Of a stretch of 64,000 nucleotides of DNA, positions 9,666-19,354 are shown piece after piece. The position numbers and the translations under genes were made by a program. Positions within the stretch are counted from its first letter, which is position 1; each line of letters starts with the position of its first letter. The DNA is taken from contig JAKFBS010000003.1 of assembly GCA_036677065.1 (NCBI GenBank), positions 192,001 through 256,000 of the forward strand, written 5' to 3'. The notes below the pieces were generated by a model that was given only the letters and a program-made list of their open reading frames with translations, searched no databases and was not told where the DNA came from. This stretch comes from Bdellovibrio sp. (GTDB taxonomy: Bacteria; Bdellovibrionota; Bdellovibrionia; Bdellovibrionales; Bdellovibrionaceae).

Positions 9666-10922
9666 TTAGTAGCCTAAAGCCATGTCACTAATGCACTTTG
9701 TATTCGCTCCGCCGCGAATAAAAGGCAGGTTATTGCTCGCTTGGCGAGTTAGTTCTAAGCCTGTCGTTTGGGCATTGGTGAAACTTACGCTGAACTTTTC
9801 GATATTATAGCCATAATTGTTTGTTGTTTGATTTACAACGCCTGGGTCTCCAGCTGTTGCGACATAAAGTGATTGCGTGTCACTATCGTAAGCCATCGCC
9901 GAGACACCGAACAAATAAGTCGGGTTGTCATAAAGTACGACTGGATTAGATAACGTACCTGCCGTTGAAGATGTTTCGGTAACATCCCATGAAACAATCC
10001 CATGGTTTAAATTATAAGTGCCTGCAGCGCTATTGCTGGTCTGACCATTAGAATAACTAACAATAAGTTTTGCCGTCACAGATCCGCTAACAAAAGGAAT
10101 CAACAGCATAGAAGTCGGCGAGGTTCCGGCGGCATTAAAAGCCACGGTATTTACGGCAAGATTTGCAGCTTTAGTGTGAGTTACTGATGAAATTTGAACT
10201 CCATTTAAACAGTCGCCTGCAGCGAAATATCCAGTTCCTGAAATTAATCCTATTCGATTAAGAGCTGCTGTCGCTCCTTGGTGTGCGAATACAATTTTTC
10301 CGGGTACTCCAGCTGAAACCGGAGGAAGAGTAACTACAGAACTCATAGCGGTTGTCGCTGTGGCGCAGGTGCCTCCGGGCGCATTGATCCAGGGCGCGGC
10401 TCCGGCCAGTACGCGTGTTTGATTGGCTCCAACTTTTTCGATAGCCGTGGATTTGCCAACAATAAGGCTGCCTTCGGAATCCATGGCCATTCCTCTTAAG
10501 ACGCCGCTGAGTGCTGTGGCGTTGGCATAATAATTAGTGAATGAAAGAGGGTCAGTTTTAGGAACTTTAATAATCCGACGTTCAGAGGCTGTCGCATGTT
10601 CATTAAGAATTAAGAGGTGAGTGCCGCTATCGACCAGAGTGCGCGGGTGTGTGGCCGTGGTAAATAGACCAAAGATATTATAATCTAGTAGGTATCCTAA
10701 ATTTACACCGTTTGAAGATAAGTATCTTTCTACTGTACGCGTTGCTGTCGTTGTGTAGGTTGTAATGCCTTGTCCGGAATTACATGAGCCAGTTGAAACA
10801 TATAAAATTTTAGAATTAGTTGCGGCTAAGATTTCGTCAGCGCTTTTTTCGCAGGCCGAAAAGGCCACCAGTGATATCAGTGCTAAACTGCGAATATTAT
10901 TTAATTTAAACTGCTTTGCCAT
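9666..10922 (-). CDS. Hypothetical lipoprotein, beta-rich (possible propeller)
   Basis: Lipobox AFSAC; 418-aa Thr/Ser/Gly-rich ORF with GGAG RBS. Confidence 0.65.
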   Translation of the reverse strand: MAKQFKLNNIRSLALISLVAFSACEKSADEILAATNSKILYVSTGSCNSGQGITTYTTTATRTVERYLSSNGVNLGYLLDYNIFGLFTTATHPRTLVDSGTHLLILNEHATASERRIIKVPKTDPLSFTNYYANATALSGVLRGMAMDSEGSLIVGKSTAIEKVGANQTRVLAGAAPWINAPGGTCATATTAMSSVVTLPPVSAGVPGKIVFAHQGATAALNRIGLISGTGYFAAGDCLNGVQISSVTHTKAANLAVNTVAFNAAGTSPTSMLLIPFVSGSVTAKLIVSYSNGQTSNSAAGTYNLNHGIVSWDVTETSSTAGTLSNPVVLYDNPTYLFGVSAMAYDSDTQSLYVATAGDPGVVNQTTNNYGYNIEKFSVSFTNAQTTGLELTRQASNNLPFIRGGANTKCISDMALGY

Positions 10923-11012
10923 GAAAGCTCCATTTCATGGCAGTTGGATCGACATAATAGTAAATTGACTGGAGCTTTTCAGGACCAAATCTTTACAATT
11001 TCTACTTAGGTC

Positions 11013-11450
11013 TTAAGACTTTTTGCGAGCTGAAGTTTTTTTCTTCGCTTTACGCACTGTAGGTCTAGCTTTTGATTTAGCTGCACCCTTAGCTTTGCTG
11101 ACTTTTTTAGTTTTTACGCCGTATTCAGAAGCTTTGGCTTTGATCGCTTTTTCGATTTTTGATCTTTGCGCTTCAGCTTTCTTTTTGTAAGCCGCTAAGT
11201 TTTTTTCAACATCAGTTGCCGAACGTTTTACTTGAGCGACAACTTTATGAACTTCTCTTTGTAGTTCGTTTTCAGCGGCTACAACTTTTTTAGCTAAGTC
11301 TTTGTATTTTTTTACTGCTTTATCTGCAGAGATCTTTTGGATCTTTGTTTGTAAATCATGAGTGACCGCTTGCACGTCAGCGATGACTTTTTTTACACCT
11401 TTTTGTTCAGAAAGTTTTTGTACGATTTTTTGGATATTTGTTAAAGCCAT
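11013..11450 (-). CDS. Lys/Ala-rich helical protein with histone-H1-like basic tail
   Basis: Coiled-coil body, K/A/R-rich C-terminus, AAGGAG RBS. Confidence 0.65.
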   Translation of the reverse strand: MALTNIQKIVQKLSEQKGVKKVIADVQAVTHDLQTKIQKISADKAVKKYKDLAKKVVAAENELQREVHKVVAQVKRSATDVEKNLAAYKKKAEAQRSKIEKAIKAKASEYGVKTKKVSKAKGAAKSKARPTVRKAKKKTSARKKS

Positions 11451-11511
11451 AAAAGTCTCCTTAAAGAGTTACTCGTTATATAGTCTTATCCTAACTTAAA
11501 TACAAAAACAT

Positions 11512-12831
11512 TTACAGAGTAAAGTTAAAATTCTTAATCAACGCACCCGGAGTCTTGAACGCACCAAGATCCCGCTTCAAGTAAGTCATCGTGCTGACGT
11601 AAACTGAAGACTCTTTCGTAAGTTCAACCAAGTTGTCTCCGAAGATATTAAAAATCGACTCGTCGAAGCGTAAGTCTTGAATAGGACCAACGATTTCGCC
11701 TTTATCTACGTAAAAGCATGCAAAGCGAGTCATACCTGTCATGCGCGCAGTCTGCACGTCTGAGTAGTTGATGTAATGTAAGTTTGAAAGATAGAGTCCT
11801 TGACCTAATTTTGACAAAATATCTTTTGTTTCTAGAGTGCCGGCTCTAACTTCTAGACTACGCGGAGCTTCAGAAATGTCTGCAAAGTTTGTTTCAATAT
11901 TGTACTCTTTGGCAGTTGAAGTGCTGGTTAACATCGTTTTTAATTCGCCATCTTTGATCAATTCAATTTTATTCGGACTTAACTCGCCCATTGAATTGAA
12001 CAGCGGAGAATATCCTAAATCAAAATTTTCAGTTAAAGAAAACTTCGAAGATAATTTAACTTCTTTATCTTTTAATTTTTTTAACGGGGCATAACCTTTG
12101 TTAAATGTTCCCTGACTTAATGAGCCCCAGGCTAATGTTCCCATAATTTCTGCCATAGCCATTGGTTCAAGATAAACATTATGTTGGCCGCGCGGAATGG
12201 TTTGCGTCGGGCGGTTTAATAAGTTTAATTTATTTTTTGTCGCTTGGGCTTGCGCTTCAAATTCAGCCATCGAGAATTTCTCGGCTGAATAATAGCCTTT
12301 AGCGGCCTTCGGGCCATTATATAACGAATAATCTAAAAAGAAATAATCTGTTTCAAAAAAATGAAATTGGCCTTCAGAATTGATCGAAGCCTGGCGTAAC
12401 GGGCCTGAACACCAAAAACCGGCAAGGTCAGTGTCTTTGTAAGTGTCATAGATTAACCCTGGAATTTCAGAATCAGCCGGGCGATCTACTTTTTTGAAAG
12501 TTTCAGATTGGCCGTTGTTTTTTAGTGCAATAAATTGCGGATGTGGATCCATCTGCATTAACTGCACACGGGCATCATCAAGTAAATGAGTGGCACTTTG
12601 TAAATCGTGAGTTAGATCTAACGTTAAATTAAAGCGCATTTTTAAAGTGCGTTGTTCTTTGTTAAACTGCAAAGTCACTTCGTGCTGGTGCACCGAAGTG
12701 TTTTGGCGCACTTTACTTTGTGAAAAGCGTAAAAACGTCGAGTCTTCAGAATGCAGAAACAAACCCAGTTGTTCTTGTGGTTTTAAAGTTGCAAATAAGC
12801 TTTCAGAGAATTTTTTAATATAAGTCTTCAT
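11512..12831 (-). CDS. TldE/PmbA family protein
   Basis: Downstream of tldD; TGMTRFACF and YLEPMA signatures; lacks HExxGH. Confidence 0.85.
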   Translation of the reverse strand: MKTYIKKFSESLFATLKPQEQLGLFLHSEDSTFLRFSQSKVRQNTSVHQHEVTLQFNKEQRTLKMRFNLTLDLTHDLQSATHLLDDARVQLMQMDPHPQFIALKNNGQSETFKKVDRPADSEIPGLIYDTYKDTDLAGFWCSGPLRQASINSEGQFHFFETDYFFLDYSLYNGPKAAKGYYSAEKFSMAEFEAQAQATKNKLNLLNRPTQTIPRGQHNVYLEPMAMAEIMGTLAWGSLSQGTFNKGYAPLKKLKDKEVKLSSKFSLTENFDLGYSPLFNSMGELSPNKIELIKDGELKTMLTSTSTAKEYNIETNFADISEAPRSLEVRAGTLETKDILSKLGQGLYLSNLHYINYSDVQTARMTGMTRFACFYVDKGEIVGPIQDLRFDESIFNIFGDNLVELTKESSVYVSTMTYLKRDLGAFKTPGALIKNFNFTL

Positions 12832-12836
12832 AAATC

Positions 12837-14315
12837 TTAACCACCAAAAATTTCGATATTATTAAATAAAGCGTACGGCGATGAATGGCCTACGCGGATA
12901 ATCTGACTTGGTTCGCCTTTACCACAGTAAGGTGAGCCATAAGTTTCACAAGTGTCAGTATTAGTAAGGCCTGCAAGACTTTTCCAGAAAGGTACCGTGA
13001 TGCCGCGGTAATTTGGATTTTTTAAGGTGCCAACGATTTTACCGTTTTTAACTTGTTTAGCTAATTCACAACCAAATTGAAACTTACGACGGTAATCATC
13101 AATCGACCACGAACGATTGGCATACATGATCACGCCATTTTCCATTGAGCTGATCATTTGATCTAAAGTTTGTGATCCACCTTCAAGATTAATATTTGCC
13201 ATACGATCAATCGGGGCGCGATTCCAAGAACTAGAACGCGAATTAGCGACACCAGATAATTTACTTCTGAATTGGCTTTCTAAACTACCAAGCCCAGCTT
13301 GTAAGATACCATCTTTGATTAAATATTTTTTCTCGGCAGGGTTGCCGACTTCATCAAAAGCGTAACTGGCCATTTGATTTGAAGTGGCCGGGTCGAATAC
13401 CACATTCATCATTGGGCTTCCGTATTCTAATGAACCGAAATCTTGCGGTTGCACGAAACTCCAGCCAGCAAAATTACGTTCATCACCTAAGATGCGATCT
13501 AATTCTAACGGGTGACCAATCGATTCATGAATTTGTAATAACATTTGATCCGGAGCTAAAATCACATCACAAGTTTCAGTCGGGCAATTTGGCGCCGTTA
13601 ATAATTCTAAAGCTTCACGCGACGTCTGTTCGCAATCAGCCAAGGTATTATCTAAATTAAAAAATTCTGAGCCGATTTGTAAACAAATACCACGGCCACC
13701 ATGTAATGAACGAGTTTGTGTTTCAGTGCCATCTTGAGCGGTCGCAGAGAACGCGCTGACGATAATATTAAAATCTTGTTCAAAGTTTGCACCCTGCGAA
13801 GATAAATACTTTTGACGGCATTCAATCACCATAGCTTCAGCAGAAGCGGTAATGATTTTATCGCTGATTTTTAATTTCATTGAAGTCTTTTTTAAGAAAT
13901 CATAAATCTCTGCAGCTGATAGTTGATCTAAACCTGTTTGACGAGATGATTTAAATTGGCCCACTGATTTTGGGCGAACTGACATATCAAATTTAGCCAC
14001 CGGAAATTGACTGCTAATGCCAGTCATTTTTTCAGCCGTTGTAAAAGCGCGGGCAATACCATCGGTAGTTAATTCGCAAGTGGCGCCGTAACCAATGTGA
14101 CCATCTTTCATAATTTCAATTAATACACCGATGTCATGAAACGTGTGCATGATATCAGGGTTACCATTGCGCACAGTGAAATCACGTGTCGTTTCAGAAA
14201 TCATTTTAAACGCGACGAAATCGGCTTTGTTTTTATAATGATTAAATTGTTGTTCGAAAAAAGAATTGAATCTTTTTGGTAGTTCTTGAGAAAGAGATAG
14301 TGTTTGCATAGACAT
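12837..14315 (-). CDS. tldD: TldD metalloprotease
   Basis: IHESIGHPLELDR, PIDRMANINL, WSIDDYRRKFQF, CGKGEP. Confidence 0.92.
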   Translation of the reverse strand: MSMQTLSLSQELPKRFNSFFEQQFNHYKNKADFVAFKMISETTRDFTVRNGNPDIMHTFHDIGVLIEIMKDGHIGYGATCELTTDGIARAFTTAEKMTGISSQFPVAKFDMSVRPKSVGQFKSSRQTGLDQLSAAEIYDFLKKTSMKLKISDKIITASAEAMVIECRQKYLSSQGANFEQDFNIIVSAFSATAQDGTETQTRSLHGGRGICLQIGSEFFNLDNTLADCEQTSREALELLTAPNCPTETCDVILAPDQMLLQIHESIGHPLELDRILGDERNFAGWSFVQPQDFGSLEYGSPMMNVVFDPATSNQMASYAFDEVGNPAEKKYLIKDGILQAGLGSLESQFRSKLSGVANSRSSSWNRAPIDRMANINLEGGSQTLDQMISSMENGVIMYANRSWSIDDYRRKFQFGCELAKQVKNGKIVGTLKNPNYRGITVPFWKSLAGLTNTDTCETYGSPYCGKGEPSQIIRVGHSSPYALFNNIEIFGG

Positions 14316-14338
14316 AATTTATAAGTCATCTTTTATCC

Positions 14339-15544
14339 ATGGGCAAAACAAGAGATGAATATCTTCAACAACACTGGACGGCATACCCTGATTGCCCACG
14401 CGGCTTTCTGCAATACGGCAGGGTGCATCAGCTTAGAGTCGGTGTAAATAACGTCAGCGAGTTCAAAGCTAAAGATTGCCCGCAATATAAAGGTTCTGAG
14501 GTTTTAGTTGATGGAGATCTAATCGCCATCATGGGCGCCGGCCAGTTTGTGTTACTGGCGCCGAATTTAACGACACGCCCTGGATTCTATAAAGCCGATG
14601 AAGACCCCTGGTTACGTAAAAAAGGTTTTTTTGAATATCTGCATCACTTACGCGTGTTTTTTCATGAAAAACGTTTTTTAGAAGTTAAAACACCAACTCT
14701 TGTTGAATGCCCCGGAACAGAACCCAGTTTAGATGTCTTTGAAACCGAATTAGTTCTAGGCTCGAAAACAAAGAAATACTTTCTGCCAACTTCGCCAGAA
14801 TTACATTTAAAAAAGCTATTAAGCTTAGGTGCAGATCGGGTATTTGAAATCGCTCCGGTATTTCGTAATAACGAAAAAACTGAACGCCATCATCATGAAT
14901 TTCTAATGTTAGAGTGGTACCGGGCGATGTCGTATTTAGCGAATATGAAACACGACACCATTGAGCTTATTGAATATATCTCTGATAAACTGCGGGTAGA
15001 GCGCCCGAAAGAAGTCTTAACTTTTTCTGTCGCAGACCTATTTAAAACCTACTGCCAATTTGATTTTAAACCCACGACAACGCTTGAAGAATTAAAAGCT
15101 TTAGCAAATAAGCTTAATGTGGATGTGCAAAGTGCGACAAGTATCGATGATTATTTCTATTTAATCTTCATGGAAAAAATCGAAAATAAATGGCCACAGG
15201 ATAGATTGGTCTTTGTCGAAAAATACCCTCCGTATCAGGCAGCCCTTGCCCGTATTGATAAAGATGGCTGGGCCGAGCGCTTTGAAGTGTACTGGAAAGG
15301 TTTAGAGCTTGCGAATGCCTTTCACGAGCTAAATAATCCTAGCGTGCAACGCGCACGTGCCAATGAAGATTTAGAAAAGAAAAAATTATTAGGGAAAAAA
15401 ACTGTCACTCTTGATGAAGAATTTTTCCAGTCACTTGAATACGGTATGCCTCCGAGCGCCGGTATTGCTTTGGGCGTTGAACGCCTCTATATGGCCCTCA
15501 AAAACGTCAAGTCTATTGACAGTCTTGTTGATTATTCATCGTGA
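14339..15544 (+). CDS. epmA: EF-P lysine--(R)-beta-lysine ligase (GenX/PoxA) with N-terminal extension
   Basis: FLEVKTP, TSPELHLKKLL, FRNNE...H..EFLMLEWY, ERFEVY..GLELANAFHEL, GIALGVERL. Confidence 0.88.
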   Translation: MGKTRDEYLQQHWTAYPDCPRGFLQYGRVHQLRVGVNNVSEFKAKDCPQYKGSEVLVDGDLIAIMGAGQFVLLAPNLTTRPGFYKADEDPWLRKKGFFEYLHHLRVFFHEKRFLEVKTPTLVECPGTEPSLDVFETELVLGSKTKKYFLPTSPELHLKKLLSLGADRVFEIAPVFRNNEKTERHHHEFLMLEWYRAMSYLANMKHDTIELIEYISDKLRVERPKEVLTFSVADLFKTYCQFDFKPTTTLEELKALANKLNVDVQSATSIDDYFYLIFMEKIENKWPQDRLVFVEKYPPYQAALARIDKDGWAERFEVYWKGLELANAFHELNNPSVQRARANEDLEKKKLLGKKTVTLDEEFFQSLEYGMPPSAGIALGVERLYMALKNVKSIDSLVDYSS

Positions 15545-15625
15545 TCACATTGTAGTGGAAAGTGACTGAAATTGTCGCTAAAACTAGTCCCACAAGAGTT
15601 ATTAAAAGACGGTTAAAGATACGTC

Positions 15626-16567
15626 ATGGGGCATTGGGGATTTATGAAGACATCAAATAAGCAAAAGGGTTGGGGAACTTTAAGTTTGCTTATTATGGTG
15701 GTCATGATCAGTGCCTGCGCTGAACAAAAAAGAGCGCAGGCTACTGATTCAGATTTACAAGAACAAGGGTTCGATTATTTTTCAGCAGAGTGTAATCCAG
15801 GACAACGTGCCGGTATTGTTAACGGCCAAGTTGTAAAACAAACTGATCCAGACGCAAATCGCTCGGTATTATTAATCTGGGAAGACAAAAAAGGCGAACA
15901 ACATCTTTGTTCATCATCATTAATTGATAATCAGACATTATTAACTGCTGCACATTGCGTGAATGATGCTGTGAAAATGCAAGCGGTGTTCTACACAGAT
16001 GTTTCTTGCGGCAGTGGTTACAAACGCACGCAACATGCGATTCCAGTAGATAAAATGATTTTTCATCCTGAATACACAAACATCGTCGAGGGCTCAACAG
16101 TTCTTGATGATAATAACGATTTAGGCTTAGTGCATTTATCGCGTCCGGCGCCAGCTAGTTTTCCGATCTTTAGAATTTCTAAAGCACCTGAAGCTTTAAC
16201 TTCAGAATTATTCTTATATGGTTTTGGTATTACCGGAACTTTTCAAAAAGATTCACTGTTATTGCGTAAAGCTACAGTGAAACGCAAATTCGATGATGAT
16301 GATCCAAATTCATACTTTATTAATAAGAATTTAATTTTTGGCCAAAAAGATGGACCGGGTTTATGCAGCGGTGATTCTGGCGGCGCAGTGTTAATGGATG
16401 ATAATGGTGAATTAGTCATCGCTGCTGTAAATTCAGAAGTTTTTATTGATCAGTCTGACACGTCAGGTGATCTATGTAATAACGGTGCAAGAACTGTTGT
16501 TGTTTATCACTATCTTGATAGTTGGATTACTCCAATCATGGCTCAATGGGGCCAATCTCCAAAATAA
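15626..16567 (+). CDS. Trypsin-like (S1) serine protease, lipoprotein
   Basis: Catalytic triad motifs LLTAAHC, DLGLV, GDSGG; lipobox ISAC. Confidence 0.9.
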   Translation: MGHWGFMKTSNKQKGWGTLSLLIMVVMISACAEQKRAQATDSDLQEQGFDYFSAECNPGQRAGIVNGQVVKQTDPDANRSVLLIWEDKKGEQHLCSSSLIDNQTLLTAAHCVNDAVKMQAVFYTDVSCGSGYKRTQHAIPVDKMIFHPEYTNIVEGSTVLDDNNDLGLVHLSRPAPASFPIFRISKAPEALTSELFLYGFGITGTFQKDSLLLRKATVKRKFDDDDPNSYFINKNLIFGQKDGPGLCSGDSGGAVLMDDNGELVIAAVNSEVFIDQSDTSGDLCNNGARTVVVYHYLDSWITPIMAQWGQSPK

Positions 16568-16670
16568 AATTACCTGGACTAAGGTTTAGTAAAAACCTAG
16601 TTCTAGGTCCTAATTTCAACACTTAAGTCTAGTTCAACTACGACCATGGTCTAGTTTAACTCGACCAGAC

Positions 16671-16697
16671 TAAAGTGCTTCCTAGACTAGCCGAAAG
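16671..16697 (+). promoter_or_regulatory. sigma28 (FliA) promoter of flagellin
   Basis: TAAA-N15-GCCGAAAG, canonical spacing, upstream of flagellin. Confidence 0.8.
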
Positions 16698-16860
16698 GTA
16701 AGTAACAAAACGATTCGAGACTTACGAAAGTCTTGTTCGGAGAACTCTTAAGATGTGACTGTTTTAAGAAATTCGATGATGAACAATTCAGAGTACTAAG
16801 TGCAGGGTCACCAATTACGTACAACAGAACTACAAAGTAGTTCATGCAAAGGTTAAGACA

Positions 16861-17694
16861 ATGGGTTTAAGAATTTCGACAAACGTGGCATCGATCAACG
16901 CACAAAAAACAATGGGTGTAAATACTCGTGAGATGCAAAAATCAATGGCGCAGTTATCAACTGGTTCTCGTATCACTAAAGCGGGTGACGATGCTGCCGG
17001 CCTTGCGATCTCTGAAAATTTAAAATCAACAATCCGTTCATACGGACAAGCTTCACGAAATGCTAATGATGGTATCTCGATGATTCAAACGGCAGAGCAA
17101 TCTATGGGCGAGGTATCAAATATTTTAACTCGTATTCGTGAGTTAGGTATCCAGGCTTCTTCTGATACGATTGGTGATCAAGAACGTGGTTTCGTGCAAT
17201 CTGAGGTTGATGCTCTTAAGGCAGAGGTTCAGCGTGTGGCTGAATCAACAACTTTCGGTTCGCGTAAATTATTAGATGGCACTGGTGGAACATATGATAT
17301 CCACGTAGGTACATCTGCAAATGCAGCAACTGACTGGATTGGTTATGATGCTTCAAATACAAATGTAACGATTGATCATTTGGGTATTGGGGCTTTAGAT
17401 TTCACAACTAAAGACGGCGCTCGTGAAGGTTTATCAGCTTTAGATAATGCTCAATTAGCGGTTTCTGGTTCGCGCGCAAACTTAGGTTCATTACAAAATC
17501 GTTTAACTTCAACAGTAGATGTTATCGGTACAATGTCTGAGTCAATGAGTGCAGCAAATTCACGTCTACGTGATGCGGATATCGCTCAGACAACTTCTGA
17601 TTTAGCTCGTAACTCTGTTTTACTACAAGGTACGACTTCAGTGTTATCGCAAGCTAATATGCAACCGAATTTAGCTTTAAAACTTATTGGTTAA
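16861..17694 (+). CDS. fliC: Flagellin (short, 277 aa)
   Basis: LRISTNVAS, LSTGSRITKAGDDAAGLAIS, RANLGSLQNRL, SRLRDAD. Confidence 0.97.
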   Translation: MGLRISTNVASINAQKTMGVNTREMQKSMAQLSTGSRITKAGDDAAGLAISENLKSTIRSYGQASRNANDGISMIQTAEQSMGEVSNILTRIRELGIQASSDTIGDQERGFVQSEVDALKAEVQRVAESTTFGSRKLLDGTGGTYDIHVGTSANAATDWIGYDASNTNVTIDHLGIGALDFTTKDGAREGLSALDNAQLAVSGSRANLGSLQNRLTSTVDVIGTMSESMSAANSRLRDADIAQTTSDLARNSVLLQGTTSVLSQANMQPNLALKLIG

Positions 17695-17723
17695 TCGTTA
17701 GTAAGATATTTAGAACTTAAAAT

Positions 17724-17754
17724 AAAAAAGCGAGGACTAATCCTCGCTTTTTTT
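17724..17754. terminator. Bidirectional intrinsic terminator
   Basis: AAAAAAGCGAGGA-CTAA-TCCTCGCTTTTTT between convergent genes. Confidence 0.9.
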
Positions 17755-18028
17755 ATTTGTTCAGAGATTCTTTTAATTCTTTGCCGACTTTGAAAAACGG
17801 TAATTTCTTTTCATCGACAGAAATCACTTCGCCGGTTCTTGGATTGCGGCCTTTGTAAGAATCATATTCACGATTTACGAATGATCCGAAACCACGAATT
17901 TCGATACGGTCATCTTTCATTAAAGCTTCAACCATAGTGTCAAAAATAGTATTCACAACGGCCTCTGCTTTTACGCGAGTAATGCCGGCTTTATCAGAAA
18001 CAAGATTGATCAGATCAGCTTTAGTCAT
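17753..18028 (-). CDS. IHF/HU family DNA-binding protein (IHF-beta-like)
   Basis: MTKADLI, RIEIRGFGSF, GRNPRTGE, PFFKVGKELK. Confidence 0.92.
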   Translation of the reverse strand: MTKADLINLVSDKAGITRVKAEAVVNTIFDTMVEALMKDDRIEIRGFGSFVNREYDSYKGRNPRTGEVISVDEKKLPFFKVGKELKESLNK

Positions 18029-18068
18029 AGGGCCTCTAAGTTATCGAAACTACTGATATTATGGCTGG

Positions 18069-19352
18069 TTATTTGTCTTTTGCAAATAGACTTTGCAAAG
18101 GCCCAGAGATCTTTTTGCGGCGCTTAAAATAGGGCGATTTTTCGATTATTTGAAAATAGGCTGCTAATAAAGCATCAATCATCTTTTCACGGTTGAAAAA
18201 CTTCAATACTTTGTCCCGGGCTGCCTCTCCAATAAGCGCAAAAGCATCCTGTTCGTTCAGAACTTTCTCTAATAATTGAGCAATATTTAGATCATCGGCC
18301 GGTCTGACTAGATATCCATCAAGCCCGTCTTCAATAATTTCAGCAATCGGGCTAAGTTCTGAACCAATCACGATTTTTTTCTGAGCCATGGCTTCGATCA
18401 AACTTGGTTCTAGACCCGTCGATCTTGAACTTAAATCCACATAAATACTAGAAGCCGCAATACATTCTAATAGGTCTTCGGCGGTCATTGATCCGGTCAT
18501 GATCACGCGACTGCCTAACACTAATTTGAGCATGTCGTATTCGACGTCTTTCCAGCGTGGGCCATCGCCCACTAAGAATAAATAAACGTTCGAATTTTTC
18601 ATAATGATTTTTTCAAATGCTTTTAATAACGGGCGAAGCTCTAAGGCATTAGAAAAATCTGAAACGGCTAAAATAATTTGAGCTTCTTCAGGAATCTGCA
18701 TTTTTAATTTAAAATTCGCAGATTCTTGGCGGGGAGCTAAATCCCCTAAATTAATCCCGTAAGGAACAGTGTAAGTATGATAATCAGGATATAGAAAATA
18801 TCTTTCTAAAATCGTGCGCTGTTGCGGCGTCGTAACAAATATCCCATCAGCAGTATCAAGGAGAGATCTATCTTTAGCGAAAAAATTATGAATAAAGCGG
18901 TAGCCTAACTTAATCGAAGTTTTAAATTGCGATTGTAAGCTTCCGTCATTTTCAGCCAGTGTTGAAAATAGATCAGACATCGTTGTCGCTTGTACATCAT
19001 AAGCCACACAAGTTTTAAAATTATTCTTATGACGGCCGATTTTGTAACCGCCGTCATCTAAGCAGTGAACAATATCAAAAGGTTTATCTAAGTGAAGTGA
19101 CGTAAATTTTTTATGAACAGCATCGACAAAACGCTGCGTTTTATAGTGCGAACCACCTTCAAACAGATAATAAGCGCGCACGCCATCGCGATAAATTTCA
19201 GATTTTTTTAAGGGCGTCGTCGATGAAAGAATCGTTACTTCGTGGCCTTTTTTTGAAAGTCCACGCGCTAAAGGCCAAAGTAATCCTGTGTCCGAAGAGC
19301 GGCTTTGCACTTGGATTTTTTGACCAATGAGGCAGATTCTTAGTTTTTCCAT
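18069..19352 (-). CDS. Glycosyltransferase family 4
   Basis: GT-B features: GHEVTIL, VPYGI, VGDGP, LIEAMA, GLDGYLV. Confidence 0.88.
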   Translation of the reverse strand: MEKLRICLIGQKIQVQSRSSDTGLLWPLARGLSKKGHEVTILSSTTPLKKSEIYRDGVRAYYLFEGGSHYKTQRFVDAVHKKFTSLHLDKPFDIVHCLDDGGYKIGRHKNNFKTCVAYDVQATTMSDLFSTLAENDGSLQSQFKTSIKLGYRFIHNFFAKDRSLLDTADGIFVTTPQQRTILERYFLYPDYHTYTVPYGINLGDLAPRQESANFKLKMQIPEEAQIILAVSDFSNALELRPLLKAFEKIIMKNSNVYLFLVGDGPRWKDVEYDMLKLVLGSRVIMTGSMTAEDLLECIAASSIYVDLSSRSTGLEPSLIEAMAQKKIVIGSELSPIAEIIEDGLDGYLVRPADDLNIAQLLEKVLNEQDAFALIGEAARDKVLKFFNREKMIDALLAAYFQIIEKSPYFKRRKKISGPLQSLFAKDK

Positions 19353-19354
19353 AG

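Noticed and set aside
11512..14315. RiPP/microcin cluster around tldD/E
   Set aside because: No precursor peptide, YcaO or transporter genes are nearby; looks like a housekeeping pair.
16700..16860. c-di-GMP-I (GEMM) riboswitch in the flagellin leader
   Set aside because: Hairpins are present, but I cannot recognise the GEMM consensus elements.
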